Shown: piece after piece, positions 39,862-43,058 of the stretch
Layout: each line of letters begins with the position of its first letter
Numbering within the stretch: position 1 is the first letter of the stretch
Virus record (IMG/VR): IMGVR_UViG_3300020138_000003
Coordinates: 1-43,058 of that record
Origin: a virus
Reading direction: 5' to 3' (one strand)
DNA: 43,058 bases
Made by a program: the position numbers and the translations under genes
The notes under the pieces: generated by a model
Seen by the model: only the letters and a program-made list of their open reading frames with translations
Told to the model about the DNA's origin: nothing
Database searches by the model: none

Positions 39862-42800
39862 CCCCGGCCGCAACAAGTTGATCAGTCACGTCATCTTCGA
39901 TCTGCCTGATCTGTGCAAGCTGTTGTTCCATTGTCGCATGGCGCTCAGTTTCGAGCAAGTTGATCAGACGCTCGACATCGAACCTGTCAGTCAGGTCAAT
40001 GTCGTTGTCTTTCAACAACTGTCTTGTCTTAATCATTTGCTCGTATTGCCACTCAGTAGCTTTCGCGCTCTCAAGAGCACTTTTCGCTGCCAGCCCGGCC
40101 TCCGTCTGTGTTTTTTCTCCACGCGGAATAGCGTCATACGCTTCTTGGGCAACAGCTGTCTCCCCCTTAGCCTGTTCGTAATCGTCCACAGCACTGTCCA
40201 GTTTCTGCTCGAACTCTATATAATCCCTCTTGCGTCCAGCGTTATATCCCTTGAGCAGGTTGATTTGTTCAGTCAGCGTACCCTGCCGCGCACGGATGTT
40301 CCCCATACCATACGCGCTGTTGCTCTCCATCGAGTTCCAGATATATTCGCCCATCGCCGCATATACTGGATTGGTCGGCCTCGGGGTAGTTGGGGGCGCG
40401 ACATAGCCAATCGGCGCATCCATTGTCACACCAGCCGGACCAGCAGGGAAGTCTTGCGTTGACCGCACTACTCCGCCCCGACGATAGTGCAGGTCGTACT
40501 CATCCTTGAACTTATAATAGGCATCAAGCTTCATCCGCTGCTCTTGAGCAATCGGTGTAAAGTACGTAGCCTTACGCTTTAGCCCAGCAACGCCCTTGAG
40601 TACCGGAACCCTGGCCAGCACGTCCTCGCTAAATTCCTCAGCCGCCGCACCCGGTCCCCCCTCGCCAAAGGCATAGGCGGCATCGAGGGCATAAGCACTC
40701 GCAGCACCGAACAGTTCACGGATCGTCATTTCGACGTTCTGCGGCAGATAACCAACGTTATCCTCGGTGATGTTGTAGGCATTCCCACCGATCTCAGGCG
40801 GATTAATACCAAGCATAGCAAGCCCAGCATTGGCCAGTGGAGGCATACTGATTGGGCTCATGTTCTGCAACAAGGTCATACCGAACTGGTCAGCAGCAGC
40901 TTTCGTATGCTCGTCGCTCGATGACAAGTGTTGTAACATCTGCTGATATGGTGCAGCAAACAGCACCTGCTCATGTGCAATCGGAATGCTGATCCCCTGC
41001 TCGGGAGGCAGCCCAGGAATACCGATGTAAATCGGCTCCATGATCTGATCACGCATCGAACGCTGCTCGAACTGGTACTTGTTGTAATCATGCCCATCGG
41101 GGTTCTGCTCGCTTAGCATATTATTCCATGCCATTGATACAACACTTGGCAAGCCGACCGTCATCCATGACCGAAGCGCGAACCGTACCGGATCATCCGC
41201 AGCCGCACCAAATGCTCTGCGCACGCCCTGTATCGATGGGTTAAAATACGGCACAGAAAGCCGAACAGCCTCAGACGCACCACCGATTATTGCATCTAGT
41301 GGCACGAACGTGGGGTTCGCAGCATCTGCGGTGATCAAACGCCCTCGACTATCAAAGGCTCGGCCAGACCTGTTCGTATCACCAGTAATCCTTCGAGCAC
41401 TACCCGCAGCTTTGGCGGGATCGATCCCCGCCTTGACTGAACGCTTGAATGCCGAGTATCTCGGAGCTTCCTGCAAGCTATCGAACAGCGCACCGAAGCC
41501 CTTGATAGCTGCCCCAGCACTCACGCCCCACGATCTGCCAAGCCAAGGGTAACGCTCATTCAACTCTCGACCGATCTCATGGAACGCACCAGTCGCAACC
41601 TCCATTCGAGTACGCATGATCGAGGCGTCGTAACCACCCTGCTCTTTGGCCATCGTGTAGATCGTATTCTGCAACGAATTGGCAGCACGCTGCACGAATT
41701 GCTGAGCCGCCCCCTGTTCCATGAACGGGATCATCTGCTTCCCAGCCAGTAACCTTGCCTCAGCCGCACGAACGAAAGCCTCGGTAGCCTTAGCACTGAG
41801 GATTTCAGCCGGTGCGGTAAGCACACCAAGAATGCTGGGGCCTTTCTCACCCTTGCCGACGTTCGCAGCGCCTGCGAGTGTATCGCGGATCATTGTTGTC
41901 GGAGCAAACGTGATCGAAGCAACACCAGTCGTACCCTTTTCGAACCACCTACGGGCCGTGACGATGCTACTCCCAAGTACGCCGCGAACAGCGTAGGGAT
42001 CAAACTGTGCAATCTGCGCCTGCAACTGGCCTGTGATGTAATTCGTGGTCTTGCCCTGCCTTACAACACTTATAATGCGCGTCGGATACTTCCGAACTTC
42101 ATCCGCCGTAGCCTTCCTGATCAATGGTGATTTCTTGCCCTTGATCCTCGCAGCCTGAACATCAGATGAGAGCAAGCTATCAACGTAGTTCGCCCTCGTA
42201 TTGTTCTGCAACTGCTGATTGAGCACGCCGCGCGTATACTCGATCATCGTCTCCATCGAGTGCCGACGATCGTTGACTGCCTTGTTCCCAAGATAGTCTT
42301 TGCGCCCGAACCAAGCCTGCTCATCAACTGGGGCACGATTGTTCCTTGCAGCCTGATTGATCCTAGTCAGCAGCGGGTCGCCGGGATTGATACTCGTCGG
42401 GCTGCTCGGGACAAAGTGCTTTCTGCTCATCGCAAGGCTTTGTCCCTGATTACGCCCAATCAGTGCATTCGGCCCCTGCTGCAAGAAGTCCCTGCTTGCA
42501 TCCATCACACCCTGATAAGCTTTGCTGAACTCGGCAAGCTGCGGGTACTTGGCACGCAAGTCAGCGCGTTGTTTCTGAACAGTGCTGAGCTTTCGTTTGG
42601 CCCCCTTTGGTCCCTTCGGATTGTTTGCTTGCAATCTTAGGTCGTCGGCAAAGTCACCGAGCTTGAGATACAGATCGTATTCGCGCTGAACTTCGGGCGG
42701 AAGCTGATAGAAGCTATCATACAGCACTCGCGGAGCGACAGGCGCGTTGAAGTCTCCGAACTGCCCACGAAGCTTGCCGGAGTTCAGAGCTTCGTTGGTT

Positions 42801-43058
42801 TTCATCAGACCCGAAACCTGCGTGTTCTGATCAATGTCAAGCGATAGCCCATCGGGATCAGGAACACCAGCACGCTTGGCGATGTTGATCAGTGCCTGCT
42901 TATCGTCGGCAATATGCGACAGATACTGATCAGCTGTCGTCTCGATTGATGCAAGGTTCTTCGGCCCAGACGGATCGATCGCATTGATCTCCACGATCTT
43001 CGGTGTTTGGGGCTTGGTAGCTGTCCAAAGCGCCTTGGTCATCGGAGCAACGATGGGC
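39794..43058 (-). CDS. 3' part of the same wrap-around protein of about 1386 aa (42932..43058 duplicates 1..127)
   Basis: The track ORF of 1082 aa starts at an internal Met. The frame continues upstream across the circular junction. The C-terminus is coiled-coil-like. Confidence 0.8.
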   Translation of the reverse strand, partial: PIVAPMTKALWTATKPQTPKIVEINAIDPSGPKNLASIETTADQYLSHIADDKQALINIAKRAGVPDPDGLSLDIDQNTQVSGLMKTNEALNSGKLRGQFGDFNAPVAPRVLYDSFYQLPPEVQREYDLYLKLGDFADDLRLQANNPKGPKGAKRKLSTVQKQRADLRAKYPQLAEFSKAYQGVMDASRDFLQQGPNALIGRNQGQSLAMSRKHFVPSSPTSINPGDPLLTRINQAARNNRAPVDEQAWFGRKDYLGNKAVNDRRHSMETMIEYTRGVLNQQLQNNTRANYVDSLLSSDVQAARIKGKKSPLIRKATADEVRKYPTRIISVVRQGKTTNYITGQLQAQIAQFDPYAVRGVLGSSIVTARRWFEKGTTGVASITFAPTTMIRDTLAGAANVGKGEKGPSILGVLTAPAEILSAKATEAFVRAAEARLLAGKQMIPFMEQGAAQQFVQRAANSLQNTIYTMAKEQGGYDASIMRTRMEVATGAFHEIGRELNERYPWLGRSWGVSAGAAIKGFGALFDSLQEAPRYSAFKRSVKAGIDPAKAAGSARRITGDTNRSGRAFDSRGRLITADAANPTFVPLDAIIGGASEAVRLSVPYFNPSIQGVRRAFGAAADDPVRFALRSWMTVGLPSVVSMAWNNMLSEQNPDGHDYNKYQFEQRSMRDQIMEPIYIGIPGLPPEQGISIPIAHEQVLFAAPYQQMLQHLSSSDEHTKAAADQFGMTLLQNMSPISMPPLANAGLAMLGINPPEIGGNAYNITEDNVGYLPQNVEMTIRELFGAASAYALDAAYAFGEGGPGAAAEEFSEDVLARVPVLKGVAGLKRKATYFTPIAQEQRMKLDAYYKFKDEYDLHYRRGGVVRSTQDFPAGPAGVTMDAPIGYVAPPTTPRPTNPVYAAMGEYIWNSMESNSAYGMGNIRARQGTLTEQINLLKGYNAGRKRDYIEFEQKLDSAVDDYEQAKGETAVAQEAYDAIPRGEKTQTEAGLAAKSALESAKATEWQYEQMIKTRQLLKDNDIDLTDRFDVERLINLLETERHATMEQQLAQIRQIEDDVTDQLVAAGVMPPGRRFDFAKDLAPMAGGPQ
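40922..40936. repeat. iterated palindrome TGACAAGTGTTGTAA (1 mismatch)
   Basis: Inside the giant gene in the stop-containing frame, read as LQHLS. TAA is changed to TCA. Confidence 0.9.
42061..42075. repeat. iterated palindrome TTACAACACTTATAA (1 mismatch)
   Basis: Inside the giant gene, read as IISVVR. Confidence 0.9.
42932..43058. repeat. assembly overlap, duplicate of 1..127
   Basis: Same 127-nt string as the window start. Confidence 0.95.

Noticed and set aside
864-42075. Iterated palindrome as NtcA, CRP or LexA-type host operator sites
   Set aside because: The known consensus sites I recall (GTA-N8-TAC for NtcA, TGTGA-N6-TCACA for CRP, RGTAC-N3-DGTWC for cyanobacterial LexA) do not match TACAA-N3-TTGTA in spacing or orientation. 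Forty-five sites inside coding DNA is also not an operator-like distribution.
1-43058. Cyanobacterial HIP1 (GCGATCGC) enrichment as a host clue
   Set aside because: I saw only about one full GCGATCGC (near 25861). CGATCG looks somewhat frequent by eye (roughly twenty), but I could not count rigorously. This is not enough to assign a host.

Overview
The window is a complete, circularly assembled dsDNA phage genome of 42,931 bp. Bases 1-127 are repeated at 42932-43058, so the linear cut is arbitrary and falls inside the largest gene. Two divergent arms flank a 1.6-kb non-coding control region (about 19.8-21.4 kb). The minus-strand late arm runs 19834 down to 1 and wraps to 42931..39794. It carries a putative small terminase, large terminase, portal, acidic scaffold and major capsid. 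These are followed by tail and fibre candidates, a lysis cassette, a GNAT-like gene and a run of internal-virion-type proteins ending in a giant of about 1386 aa. The lysis cassette comprises an M15 peptidase, a PG-binding membrane protein and a tail-anchored protein. The plus-strand early/middle arm (21436..39861) starts with many small ORFs, several translationally coupled and below the 60-aa track cutoff. It then carries a recombination/replication module: a Cas4/RecB-like nuclease, an AAA_24/Sak4-like ATPase, DUF3846-like and DUF669-like proteins, an SF1 helicase, a UDG-like::exo+ family A DNA polymerase and a MazG-like protein. I recognise no RNA polymerase, primase, integrase, tRNA or CRISPR array. 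The architecture resembles RNAP-less podoviruses such as the freshwater cyanopodovirus type, but that is inference only and needs a database search. The outstanding signal is a 15-bp palindrome, TTACAA-N3-TTGTAA, present 45 times (20 perfect, 25 with one mismatch) at roughly 1-kb spacing on both arms. It occurs in intergenic gaps, at gene starts and stops, and inside 22 genes. Inside genes it is read almost always in one frame (V/I-T-T/S-V/L-V-T), and the stop-containing frame is edited. No annotated gene feature explains it, so it looks like a genome-wide cis-element system. Palindrome and ORF-derived coordinates were cross-checked against ORF-track frames where possible. A few hand-read positions could be off by 1 nt.
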